A stretch of DNA of 63,189 nucleotides, filler included, from Octopus bimaculoides (taxonomy: Eukaryota), in assembly GCF_001194135.2 (NCBI RefSeq). It is 5 parts of 5 records of this genome, joined end to end, with 100 filler letters (N's around TTAATTAATTAA, not from the genome) between each part and the next. Parts side by side here need not be neighbours in the genome. Positions count along the whole stretch, not along the records: positions 1 to 16,408 come from NC_069007.1; 4 more parts are not named here. One strand, given 5' to 3'. A program made the translations under genes and the position numbers. The notes beneath the pieces were generated by a model that saw only the letters and a list, made by a program, of their open reading frames with translations, did no database searches and was not told the origin of the DNA. Shown here in pieces: positions 1 through 11,488 of the stretch (its first letter is position 1; the number at the start of each line of letters is the position of its first letter).

Positions 1-625
1 AAATATTATTATTATAATCGTTTTCTGAATCACTTTTACTCGCTCTAGACTCGCGCACACCATCTCACAAACACTCGTAGACGGACTTGTAGATTTCTTT
101 TTAAAAAACGAATCTATAGTTATTTGCAGAGAATAAGCATTTTCTCTCTCTATAAAAAAATTCGGTAACACACAGAAGCATTTGTTATGGAGGTAGAAAC
201 TTTGGCACTTTGTTCAAAATTTGGATTTTGTGCTTGAAAATCTCACCAGACAAAAGTGAGCCGAAAAATGAAACTCGTAAACCCGGGGAAAAATTCCTAT
301 TTGGCTTTCACACATGAATTTGTGAAAGTTGAACTACGTAAAATGCTAAGCAGAAATCTTGCTGTTTCTTGTGATAAATACATTCTTTTATTCTTTTACT
401 TGTTTCAATTATTTGACTGCGGCCGTGCTGGAGCACCGCCTTTTTGGAAAACTTTTTATGAAAGCTTAAAATAATACTGTTGGCACCCAGTTTTCTATAT
501 TGCTTGAGTGAACCACCAAAATCTTATATGGACCCCACCCCCGGGGCCATAAATGATTACACTCTTACTCAGCAAGTAAAAATTCAACAAGCAACGATTC
601 AGCCAAGCAAGAACTAACGGAGCAA

Positions 626-664
<39 letters not shown>

Positions 665-1522
665 ATCATCATCATTTAACGTCCGTTGTCCATGCTGGCA
701 TGGGTTGGACAGTTTAACTGGGCTGGCATGCTGGAAGGCTGCGCCAAGATCCAGTCTGATTTGGCATGGTTTTCTATGGCTGGATGCCCTTCCTAATGCC
801 AACCACTCTGAGAATGTAATGAGAGTTTTTACGTGCCACCGGCACGCATGCCAATTTCCACGACACAGGTATCTGCCACAACTGATTTTGCTCATCTTGA
901 TGGGTCTTCTTTTCAAGCTCAACATAATGCCAAAGGTCTTGGTTATTGCCACCATGAAACCCAACACTTGAAAGAAACTTAGCCTCTNNNNNNNNNNNNN
1001 NNNNNNNNNNNNNNNNNNNNNNNNNNNNNNNNNNNNNNNNNNNNNNNNNNNNNNNNNNNNNNNNNNNNNNNNNNNNNNNNNNNNNNNNNNNNNNNNNNNN
1101 NNNNNNNNNNNNNNNNNNNNNNNNNNNNNNNNNNNNNNNNNNNNNNNNNNNNNNNNNNNNNNNNNNNNNNNNNNNNNNNNNNNNNNNNNNNNNNNNNNNN
1201 NNNNNNNNNNNNNNNNNNNNNNNNNNNNNNNNNNNNNNNNNNNNNNNNNNNNNNNNNNNNNNNNNNNNNNNNNNNNNNNNNNNNNNNNNNNNNNNNNNNN
1301 NNNNNNNNNNNNNNNNNNNNNNNNNNNNNNNNNNNNNNNNNNNNNNNNNNNNNNNNNNNNNNNNNNNNNNNNNNNNNNNNNNNNNNNNNNNNNNNNNNNN
1401 NNNNNNNNNNNNNNNNNNNNNNNNNNNNNNNAAAGAATAAGTCCTGGGGTTGATTTGCTCGACTTAAGGCGGTGCTCCAGCATGGCCAAAGTCAAATGAC
1501 TGAAACAAGTAAAAGAGTAAGA

Positions 1523-1559
<37 letters not shown>

Positions 1560-2290
1560 ACATGTAAAAGGTATTGATGCTGGTGATACATGAATGGGCA
1601 CCCCTACCTGTGACACATAAAAGGGCATCCAGTCACAGAATCCAAGCAAAAACAGGCAATTGGCGCTTGGTGTGGCCACAGCCTTTACCAGCTCCTGTCA
1701 AACTGTCCAACCCATGCCAGCATGGAAAACGGACGTTAGATGATAATGATGTCCCTCATCTCCTAGTATAAAGTTCCTCTGACTCAAGGATCATTGTCTA
1801 GCATACTGTATGATGGTTTCGCTAATGCTGGTGGCATGGAAAAAGTACCCAGTACACACTTTATAAAATGGTTGGTGTTAGGAAGGGCATCCTGCTATTG
1901 GAACCATGCCAAAACAGACAATGGAACCTGGTGCAGCCCTTGGTCTTGTCAGTTCCTATTAAGCTGTCCAACCCATGCCAGCATGGAAAACGGACATTAA
2001 ATTTGATCAAGATGAGCCCCTCATTTCTGAGCATAAAGTTACCCTCCTCAGGGTTCATTGTCTAGCATACTGTGTGATGACCTCACTAATGATGGTGGCA
2101 TGGAAAAAGCACCCAGTACACACGCTGTAAAGTGGTTGGTGTTAGCAAGGGCATCCTGCTATAGGAACCATGTCAAGGTAAATAATGATGATGAGGAGGA
2201 GGAGGAGGAGGAGATAAAAGACAAGGAAACCAAAAAAATTTGGTTTGAAACGAGAAGAATTGAAGAAATGCAGAGAAAGGGTTCACTTAC

Positions 2291-2387
2291 GCTTGTTTGC
2301 TTGTGTCTGTATAAGGTAGGAGCACTTTGTCTATGAAGGATCCGATGCCAACATTCAGCTTACCCGTCAGTTTTTGAATGTCATTCA
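2291..2387 (-). CDS. ITGB: Integrin beta exon, beta-I domain: VNDIQKLTGKLNVGIGSFIDKVLLPYTDTSKQ
   Basis: GIGSFIDK...PY matches GFGSFVDK...PY; tttccacag acceptor, GC|gtaagt donor; 97 bp phase 1-2. The gene continues off-window or into the gap at 988-1431. Confidence 0.92.
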
Positions 2388-3051
2388 CTGTGGAAATAAA
2401 CAAGGAATTGGTAAAATTATACAGAATTAGTCTGTGTACACACAAACACACACACAGAGATATATTCTTTTATTCTCTTACTTGTTTCAGTCATTTGACT
2501 GCGGCCATGCTGGAGCACTGCATTTAGTCAAGCAAATCGACCCCAGGACTTATTCTTTGGAAGCCTAGTACTTATTCTATCGGTGTCTTTTGCCGAACCG
2601 CTAAATTATGGGGACGTAAATACACTACCATCAGTTGTCAAGCGATGTTGGGGGGACAAACACAGACATACAAACATATACACACACATACATATATATA
2701 TACATACATATATACGATAGGCTTCTTTCAGTTTCCGTCTACCAAATCCACTCACAAGGCTTTGGTCGGCCCGAGGCTATAGTAGAAGACACTTGCCGAA
2801 GATGCCACGCAGTGGACTGAACCCGGAACTATGTGGTTTGGATGTAAGATTTATAAATCTGTTTGTTTTGGTATCATAAATAATAAACATGAAATTTTGT
2901 CATTTTTTTAAAGAATTTACCCAATTTCATTGAAATAGTTAATACTGGGACACCCTATATAATACAAACGAAAAGACAATGAAAGAATTTAGCACATCTT
3001 TAAGGATCAGTTACAACTATTTCAGTTCCAGCAATAGTTTAGCTGACCTAA

Positions 3052-3273
3052 CCCTTTCAATACCAACCCACCTGAAACCACTTCTGGCTCTGTAGTACAA
3101 ATGTCTTGTTTTCAAAAGTTCTGAATAAAAATCTTCCACCAAACCTTAGTCACAATTTATGTTCATAACACCAGCTTAATTATAACTAAGTTGTTTTACT
3201 AAATTCTTTGTTTTATTTAAAATTAATTGAAAGAAACACAGAGCATCTCCACAGAAATATGGTAACGAATGGG
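3052..3273. mobile_element. Degenerate TTAA-type MITE
   Basis: ctaa-CCCTTTC ... GAATGGG-tcaa termini; target site degenerate. Confidence 0.45.
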
Positions 3274-3444
3274 TCAAAGAATGCATTCAGTTAGAAGTGC
3301 AGGAGATAACTTCTTGAAATGCTTCAAAATGTGTCTTGTAAAGCTAAGGGTCAGCTTGAAATTTGCAGGGATCAAGACAAAGTATATGTTGAAAATTTAA
3401 AGCTTGGATGTAAAATTTATAAATCTATTTGTTTTGGTATCATC

Positions 3445-3820
3445 ATCATCATCATCATCATTTAACGTCTGCTTTCCATGCTAGCATGGGTTGGATGATT
3501 TGACCGGGGACTGGCGAAGCGGATGGCTACACCAGGCTCCAATCTGATCTGGCAGAGTTTCTACAGCTGGATGCCCTTCCTAATGCCAACCACTCCGAGA
3601 GTGTAGTGGGTGCTTTTTATGTGCCACCGGCACAAGGGCCAGTCTGGCGGTACTGGTAATAGCCACGCTCAAATGGTGTTTTTGATGTGCCACCTGCACA
3701 GGAGTCAGTCCAATGATTTGTTCAAATGCCACCGGCACAAGTGCCAGTAAGGCGAAGCTGGAAACGATCACGCTCAAATGGTACTTTTTACATGCCACCA
3801 GCACGGGAGCGAGACCACTG
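3445..3820 (-). mobile_element. SINE or RTE-tail family B ((GAT)n tail, GGAAGGGCATCCAGCTG motif), representative copy
   Basis: Repeated at about 665-985, 1570-2200, 6205-6800, 11768-12215, 15690-15970, 24960-25125, 32520-32680, 34510-34745, 37380-37490, 38205-38443 and 45000-45270. Confidence 0.8.
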
Positions 3821-4059
3821 CCGTATCATAATTAAGAAATAAATATAATATTCTGTCAGGTTTCTTTAATTAATTTACCTGATTTCATTGAAACAGATTG
3901 TTAATACTGGGTCACAATGTGTAAGGTCAAGCAGGATAACAGAAATGAGGCTGAAGGCTCGACAACTTGCCATGTGGTGGGTATTCTAGCCTAGGGTCAC
4001 AATCTGCCCCCACATGACTCCTAACCTCCACATGCTAGTGACTTGGTTGAAGTACTTAC

Positions 4060-4191
4060 CGAGTGCAAGTGAGACATTGGCCAACTGGTTGATGTATTTC
4101 GCCATGGTATAGGATAGGTCCATGAGGAAGTAGAGGTCCACTGGACTGTCTTTGGCAAAGTAGAAATGGAATGGTATCTCCACGGTCTCAT
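4060..4191 (-). CDS. ITGB: Integrin beta exon, beta-I (VWA) domain with MIDAS: HETVEIPFHFYFAKDSPVDLYFLMDLSYTMAKYINQLANVSLAL
   Basis: PVDLYFLMDLSYTM matches the integrin beta PVDLYYLMDLSYSM motif; caccag acceptor, G|gtaagt donor; 132 bp phase 1-1. Confidence 0.93.
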
Positions 4192-4601
4192 CTGGTGGTG
4201 GTGAGAGAAAAGAGAGATTATATTGATGTTAAGAGAGGGTGTGAAGGGGAAGAGTGAACACTGAAAGTGTATTGGTGATGAGGGAGGGAGGGAGAAGGAA
4301 AAGAGAGAGAGAGAGAAAGAGTTGTGGGAATAGGAAAAAGAGATTGTATTGGTGATGTGACGGGTGGAAGAGAGGACAGACAGAGGTGCAGTGTGAGTGA
4401 GGGAGAGGAGGGGAAAGAAATAAAAAAGTTGGGAGAGGAGAGGGGGGGAGGAGAACAAGAACGGGGGGGGNNNNNNNNNNNNNNNNNNNNNNNNNNNNNN
4501 NNNNNNNNNNNNNNNNNNNNNNNNNNNNNNNNNNNNNNNNNNNNNNNNNNNNNNNNNNNNNNNNNNNNNNNNNNNNNNNNNNNNNNNNNNNNNNNNNNNN
4601 N

Positions 4602-4643
<42 letters not shown>

Positions 4644-4817
4644 GCACACGCACACAAAATCACGTGTATACACATATACATAACACATATATACATACAC
4701 ACATTTATATACGTATACATTTATATACACACACACATATATATACGTACACATACATATGCATCTATATATACTCACTTGCACACATCTTTATATGTGT
4801 TTGTATATATATATATT

Positions 4818-4860
<43 letters not shown>

Positions 4861-4883
4861 ATGTATGTATATATGTGTGTATA

Positions 4884-4943
<60 letters not shown>

Positions 4944-5085
4944 TAGATAGATAGATAGATAGATACACAGACACACAAATACACATCCCTACATAGTATA
5001 TATATATATCATTATCATCATTTAACGTCCATTGTCCATGCTGGCATGGGTTGGACGGTTTGACCAGGGCTGGCAAGCAGAGGGG

Positions 5086-5899
5086 CTTAAACTCTGCTGG
5101 GCATGTGCACTAAGTTTTAATGTTCTAGCTCACATCTGCTGTTTATAGCAGTGCTTGGAAAGAAGGTGTGTAGCAAGTGATCATTGCATTGACCATGACA
5201 GATAAAGTTGAGCAGAGAATCTGCATCAAATTTTGCCAAAAGCTTGGAGATACCTGCTTAGAGACCTATACAAAGTTTTCAAAAGCTTTTATCATTCTCA
5301 ACACAATCAAGGAGATCTTGTGCAACTGAAACCCAAGTGTCTTTTTGGGTCAGCTGAAAGCAGTTTTGGTACAAACTTGGCAGACAAGTGTCTCATACCC
5401 AAATCTTCAGTGATAATGGACTGAACTGAACCGTAACTAATCTGCACATCCTCTGATAACTCATGGATGGTGATTCGACGATTTCTCCCTCATAGCTGCA
5501 TGTACATCTGTGATATTTTTCTCAGTTCGGCTGGTTGCGGGTCTCCCAGAACGTTCATCAATATCGACATTTTGGTTGGCCATCTTGGAAACGTCTGAAC
5601 CACTCGTACACTTGTGTGTGGCTCATACACTCCTCTCCGTAAACTTTCTGCAACTTTGCATAGGCATCTGAGCAGGTATCACCATGAAAACTTTCTCTGT
5701 CATGGTCAATGCGACAATCACACGCTACACACTTTCCTCCCAAGCACTGCTGTAAACAGCAGATGTGAGCTAGAATGTTAAAACTTAGTGCGCATACACG
5801 GCAGAGTTCAAGGTCAATTTTTGGCAAGTAGCTTTACTCTGTGTGCTTAAGCTTTGTTACTATGGCAACAGTCCGGATACTTATTGATCAGACCTTGTA
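5086..5899 (-). mobile_element. Mariner 5' fragment with an internal inverted duplication
   Basis: TIR TA-CAAGGTCTGATCAATAAGTATCCGGAC at 5899; minus-strand HTH peptide GDTCSDAYAKLQKVYGEECMSHTQVYEWF; 5086-5289 is an inverted copy of 5640-5813. Confidence 0.8.
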
Positions 5900-6056
5900 T
5901 ATACGTATATATATAAGGATAAGCATATTAAAAGGGATCAATGGGAAAACCCATTTAAATAAAAGGGGTCTTTGGTAGTGAAAAGAGTGGGAACCACTGC
6001 TGTAATCCTTATAGACACATCTTCACAAGCAAAAAAAAAAAGGAATTGCTACTTAC

Positions 6057-6129
6057 GAGGCCGTACTCGTAACTTGATCTTCTGGGGCTGAATCTGGATC
6101 GCATTTTGTCCATCTGCCGTGGGTTGATT
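6057..6129 (-). CDS. ITGB: Integrin beta exon, hybrid domain start: NQPTADGQNAIQIQPQKIKLRVRP
   Basis: QIQPQ-x-x-x-L-R-x-RP hallmark; taatag acceptor, C|gtaagt donor; 73 bp phase 0-1. Confidence 0.9.
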
Positions 6130-7350
6130 CTATTAATAAAAAGATTAATGTTGCAATATATAAGGAACTTAACAGTTGTGTGCGTATACATCGTCGTCAT
6201 CATCATCATCATCATTTAATGTCCCTTGTCCATGCTGGCATGGGTTGGACAGTTTGACCAGGGCTGGCCAGCTGGGGAGCTGCACCAGACTCCAGTCAGA
6301 TTGCTACAGCTGGATGCCCTTCCTAACACCAAGCACTCCAAGAGTGTAATGGGTGCTTTCATGTGCCACCAGCACAGGTGCCAGTTGCGTGACACCAGTA
6401 TTGATGGGTCTTGTTCTCAAGCACAGCATATTGCCAAAGATCTTGATTGCTTGTCATTGGGCCTCTGTGGGGCCCAGTGCTCAAAAGGTGCTTTTTACAT
6501 GCCAACAGCATCAAAGCTGTTTATGTGGCACTGGCATCAGCCATAACTATGATTTCACTTATCTTGACAGGTTTTCTCAAGCACTGACAGGTCTTATCTA
6601 TCTATATCTATCATCATCATTGATTAACATCCATTTTCCATGCTGGCATGGGTTGGATGGCATAAATGGAGTTGGACAGTTGAAGATCTACCCAGGTTCC
6701 ATATCCGCTTTGGCATGGTTTCTACAGCTGGATGCCCTTATTAATGCCAATCTCTTTACAGATTGAACTGGATGCTTTTATGTGGCACCAGCACCCACCA
6801 GCCCACAGGATTATGATTGCTCAGTCCATTTTCCTTGGTGGCAGGAGTCGGGCAATTTGACAAAATTCAGTGAGATCCAGGGCCATATCTTGCGCTGATG
6901 TCAGCTTTGTCATTGTTCCTACAGCTGGATGCTCTTCCTAAATCCAAACATTTTATATGATGCACTGGGTGCTTTTACACACACCCACATGCATGTACAC
7001 ACACACAAATATATACTTACATACACACATGTGCACACATGTGCACACTGGCTTCTTTCGGTTTTAGTCTACCAAATCCATTCATAAGGCTCTTGCTGGC
7101 CCCAGTGGCTATAAAAGAAGGAACCTGCTCCAGATGCCACACAGTAAGTCTGAACTGAAAACCTTGTGGATGGGAAGTAAACTCCTTAACCATACACACA
7201 CACTCTTGTGTGTGTATGTGTGTTTGTGTGTGTATGTGTGTGCATTTTAAAGAGAGATATGCACATGTGTATGTGTGTGTATAACATTTAAAATTTTAAA
7301 TTACAATAAATGTAAACAAACTAATGTTTGTTTTAGAAGCCTTGAAATGT

Positions 7351-7585
7351 ATTTTGAGATACAAATTAGATGATAATTTTATTTTCAAATGCATAAATGC
7401 TGATAGAACGGCAGAGACTGGATAAAATATCCTTATAAAGCAGAAAAATTTGTCAGCAACCAGCCATGAGACAGAATGCTGCCAAAGTTTTCTGTTTTAT
7501 AAGGATGTCTTATCCAGTCTCTGCTGTTCTGTCAGCATTTATACGTTTGAAAATGAATTATCACCTTATTCGTATTTAAAATGAT
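7351..7585. mobile_element. Palindromic MITE-like hairpin
   Basis: About 77-bp high-identity inverted arms at 7371-7447 and 7488-7563, extending imperfectly outward. Confidence 0.7.
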
Positions 7586-7650
7586 GTTAAATGGTGACTA
7601 AAATAGATTTTAAAAAGACTACTGTCCAAGCATTTTGTTGAAATACTGAC

Positions 7651-7749
7651 CTTAGCAATGACAACTTCTGACTTTGGATCAACAATATGAGTCTTATCAC
7701 ATCCATTTGCAATGTGGGCTTCACGGGTGTTGCATAATTTTATATTCAA
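7651..7749 (-). CDS. ITGB: Integrin beta exon, C-terminal half of PSI domain: LNIKLCNTREAHIANGCDKTHIVDPKSEVVIAK
   Basis: tttccag acceptor, AAG|gtcagt donor, 99 bp phase 0-0. The C-x10-C-x4-I-x-DP pattern resembles the integrin PSI end. Symbol is family-level only. Confidence 0.8.
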
Positions 7750-8324
7750 CTGGAAACAGAAATATCAAAATGGTAAAAATACGTAACAGTGGAATTTATT
7801 TCTTTTTCCAAAAACAGATGTGAAATTTATAGGATAAATTCTTCAACAAAAGAATTGTTGCATAACCTGTACTCCATTTCATGGGGTACTGGGAATTTGT
7901 TTCAGGTAGTGATGAAATTAATTTCCAAAAATTATTTATCTTTTACTTGTTTCAATCATTGGATTGTGGCCATGCTGGGGTACCACTTTGAAGGGTTTAG
8001 TCAAACAAATCAAATCTAGTACAGATTTTTTTTTTTTGTATTTTATGCCTGGTATTCTATTGGTCTCTTCTTGCTGAACTGCTAAGTTACAGACATAACA
8101 AACCAACTCTATCAAATGGTGGACAGGTGGGGAGTAAACATAAGCACAAAGATGTATGTATGTACGTATGTACATACATACATACATAAAGTCATAAAAT
8201 GACAGAGAAATAGTTTGATGAAATTTTATTTGACAATAAGAAAATTCAAAATATCACAACAAATTGTTTCATAACTTAAAAACATGTAAATAATTTATAT
8301 TATCATATTTAATGATAAATAAAT

Positions 8325-9472
8325 TATTGGGTCATCCCATAGATAATGTGATTCTTTTCAATTGCATAAACTAAATGTCAGAGGGGGACAGGATAAACTA
8401 CCTGCATCAACTTGCTATAAAAGCAGGTAGTAATTTTACCTTGCCCTTGTTCTTAGTGCAAGTTCTGAAGAGTGCAGTTCCATTTTAACAGTTATTTTTT
8501 CAAAGCTATAATGGAAGTGACAAAAGAGTATATTTGGCATATTTTGCTTTATGAGTTCAATAAAGGGAACAACGCAACGGAAAGTGCAAGGAATATTAGT
8601 GCAGTATATAGGGATCGGACATTAAGTGTAAGCCAGTGTCAATTGTGGTTCCAGAAATTCCTAGCTGGAAACTACAGCCTAGAAGACGAGCCTCATCCTG
8701 GAAGATCAGTAGAGCTCAATGAGGATGTCCTGCAAACCCTGGTGGAACAAAATCCCACCGTAACTGTTGAGGAACTAGCAGAGAAGCTTGGATTTGGTCA
8801 TTTAACCATTCATCAACACCTGTGTGCCATCGGAAATGTCAGCAAATTGGGTCAATGGGTTCCTCACAAACTTTCAGAGTCTAATCAAGCACCAACAGTG
8901 AATGTATGCTCTTCTTTGCTGTCACATTTCATGAATGAACCTTTGTTGGACCGAATAGTGACTGGTGATGAGAAATGGGTTCTCTATAAAAATGTCAAGC
9001 GCTGTAGGAAAAGGAGAAACAGTGGCACCTCAGGCTAAAGAAGATCTTCATCCATGTAAGGTGTTGTTATCTGTTTGGTGGGATATGAAAGGTTTAGTTC
9101 ACTTTGAATTTTTAAACCCAAACCAAACGATAACAAAGAAGATCTACTGGGACCAGCTTGAGAGGCTTAGGTCAGTGCTAGAAGAAAAACAACCATCTTT
9201 GATTTCAATATGAAAGGTGTTCTTCCATCAGGATAATGCTTGGCCACATACAGTGAGAATGACATTCGAAAGGCTGGACCAGTTTGAATGGGAAACGATG
9301 CCCCATCCACCATATTCACTGGACATTGCCCCATCTGATTATCATTTATTGTGCAGTTTTCAAAATCATTTGGATGGAAAAAATATGAATCCTGTGGACG
9401 AGGTCAGAACAGTACTGGAGGAGTATTTTTCACAACAGATAAGTGAATTTTGGAAGAGTGGCCTTCCAAGTC
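8325..9472 (+). mobile_element. Mariner (DD34D) transposon, degenerate and 3'-truncated
   Basis: TA plus TIR TTGGGTCATCCCAT at 8325; ATG at 8511; HTH region; IVTGDEKW, HQDNA and HPPYSLDIAPSDY motifs with 34 residues between the last two catalytic Asp; frameshift near 9000 and stop at 9211-9213. Confidence 0.92.
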
Positions 9473-9920
9473 CATATATATGGTGCACCAGCATGACCGC
9501 AGCCACTTGGCTGAAACACATAAATAAATAAAAATATATATATACAAACAGCAGGCTTCCATAGAGTTTCTGTCTACTAAATTTACTCCCAAAGCATTGG
9601 TTGGCCGAGACAAATGGTAGAAGATACCCATAGGAATGAACCTGGAACCATGTGGTTGGGAAGCGAACTTCTTACCACACAGTCATGGCCTGTGCCTAGA
9701 ATGCCAAAACACATTTTACGTGCTAAAATTAACTTCAGAGGAAAGCTAAGTTGGCACCTGGTGCGACAAAAGGCAAAGTTGCCGAAAATGGTAAGAAACA
9801 GAGTTGACCCCTAGAATGCTGAAAGGTGAAGCTGACTCTTAGAAGATTGTATGGTAATGATGGATCTCTCTTCTCCCTACTAGAAGGAAAACAATACTGG
9901 CCCCAGCTGAGAATGATTAA

Positions 9921-10125
9921 CCCTTTTTAACAGTGAAACTAAAATTCATGGCTATTCCATTGATGTTGAATATCCATCAAAAATAGAATTGGTATTTTCT
10001 GCAAGTCACTTTGTCTCAACAAACTTAACATTCTTCAATAAAAGACAGGTTGGTATATAAACCTGCTTTTTGCAGCTAAGGGTAATAATGAAATCTTGAA
10101 GGTACTGATTTCTGCAGTGAAAGGG
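9921..10125. mobile_element. TTAA-targeting (piggyBac-type) MITE
   Basis: TTAA-CCCTTT ... AAAGGG-TTAA termini. Confidence 0.65.
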
Positions 10126-10484
10126 TTAACATTCCTATAAAACATCCTAGATGTCAATGGAATTATAATAGAAGACTAAGACTGCCTAGTGGCTCCTTTA
10201 TTCATAACAGTTAAGTACTGTAGCTGATTAAGCCCTTTAATGTTATTCTTTTACTCTTTTACTTGTTTCAGTCATTTGACTGTGGCCATGCTGGAGCACT
10301 GCCTTTAGTTGAGCAAATCGACCCCAGGACTTATTCTTTGGAAGCCTAGTACTTATTCTATTGGTGTCTTTTGCCAAACTGCTTAGTTACAGGGACATAA
10401 ACACACTAGCATCAGTTGTCAAGCGATGGAGGGGGGGGGGACAAATACAGACACACAAACACACGTATATATATATATATATAT

Positions 10485-10672
10485 TCGCCATGATAGAGCG
10501 CTAACCACTACACACATTTTTTTTTTCTCCTTGTTTCTCTCCTTATTTCTTTCTGTGGAAGAGCGTAGGCTCGAAACGTTAAAGACTTTTTCAATTCCTG
10601 AGCATTATACTTATACATCTGTTTGTTTTCTACACCACCTGTCTTTGTCTCTTGTTCTTTTGTGAATTACCC

Positions 10673-10680
<8 letters not shown>
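10485..10680 (+). mobile_element. Short non-autonomous repeat carrying the A6U hammerhead motif, inserted in the internal microsatellite of a SINE
   Basis: Homologous to about 23780-23960; it splits the SINE whose tail is 10245-10470 and head is 10710-10870. Confidence 0.55.
10548..10585 (+). ncRNA. Minimal type-I hammerhead-like motif with A6U core variant, third family
   Basis: TCTTT-CTGTGGA-A-GAGC(GTAG)GCTC-GAAA-C-GTT^AAAGA. Helix I is perfect (5 bp), helix II is 4 bp with a tetraloop, helix III is the palindrome AACGTT. Confidence 0.68.
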
Positions 10681-10712
<32 letters not shown>

Positions 10713-11198
10713 ATGGACTTTTTTCAGTTTCCATCTACCAAATCCACTCACAAGGCTTTGGTCAGCCCTCAGCTATAGTAGAAGACACTTGCTCAAGGTT
10801 CCACACAGTGGGACTGAACCCAGAACCATGTGGTTGGTAAGTAAGCTACTTACCACACACCCACTCCTACACCTATGTGCAATTAAATTTCATGATTATT
10901 CAGTAAAGATGTTAAATATCTACCAAGATATTCTCAGACATGATGTTCCCTAAAATAAACAGACTGATATATAAAATCACTTTGCACAGACGTATCTGAT
11001 TTCAACAATAAAAAGTTAAACCTTCAGCATTTCAACTGGCCATATCTGATCCAAATATTCCACCTAAGATCTGGCCTCTCACACCAGCCCTACAATCTCA
11101 TCATAAAAATCTCGAAGCTACAAGATAATCCATGGTTCATTCAAAGCGATTTGAATAAATAAACATTACATTTGTTACAGTAAAAGGAATCACCCTAC

Positions 11199-11270
11199 CT
11201 CCCATTTGGAAGAATGCGGGGCAAAACTGATCCCCAGAAGGATCAGAGACAAGCAAATTAACCCCCACAT
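11199..11270 (-). CDS. Candidate first coding exon (signal peptide) of the integrin beta gene: MWGLICLSLILLGISFAPHSSKWE
   Basis: Hydrophobic N-terminal peptide. Acceptor ctttcag lies just before the ATG (exon starts 11272) and the donor is GAG|gtaggg (phase 0), in frame with the exon at 7651-7749. An upstream donor gcgca|gtaagc at 11357 would define an 85-bp 5'UTR intron. The donor is only moderate. Confidence 0.5.
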
Positions 11271-11488
11271 GACTGAAAGTGGACTAATGCATTTCAATAA
11301 ATAAAAAACTGTATGAACTGTCAGGGCAGATGACTGTTGGTCAACTGTATTGCTTACTGCGCTAGTACGATGTGTGTTGGTTTAATATTATACCTACGTT
11401 CAAGTAGTACAGAATGCGTCTTGTATAAACATAATAATTCTGTGATCGGTTATTTTAGATAACCACATCCAAATATCTATTTGGGTAA

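Noticed and set aside
2005-2060. Minus-strand CTGAGGA...GAAA-TGAG-ggg-CTCATC resembling a hammerhead
   Set aside because: Helix I cannot form, and the paralogous unit at 1753-1800 lacks the core.
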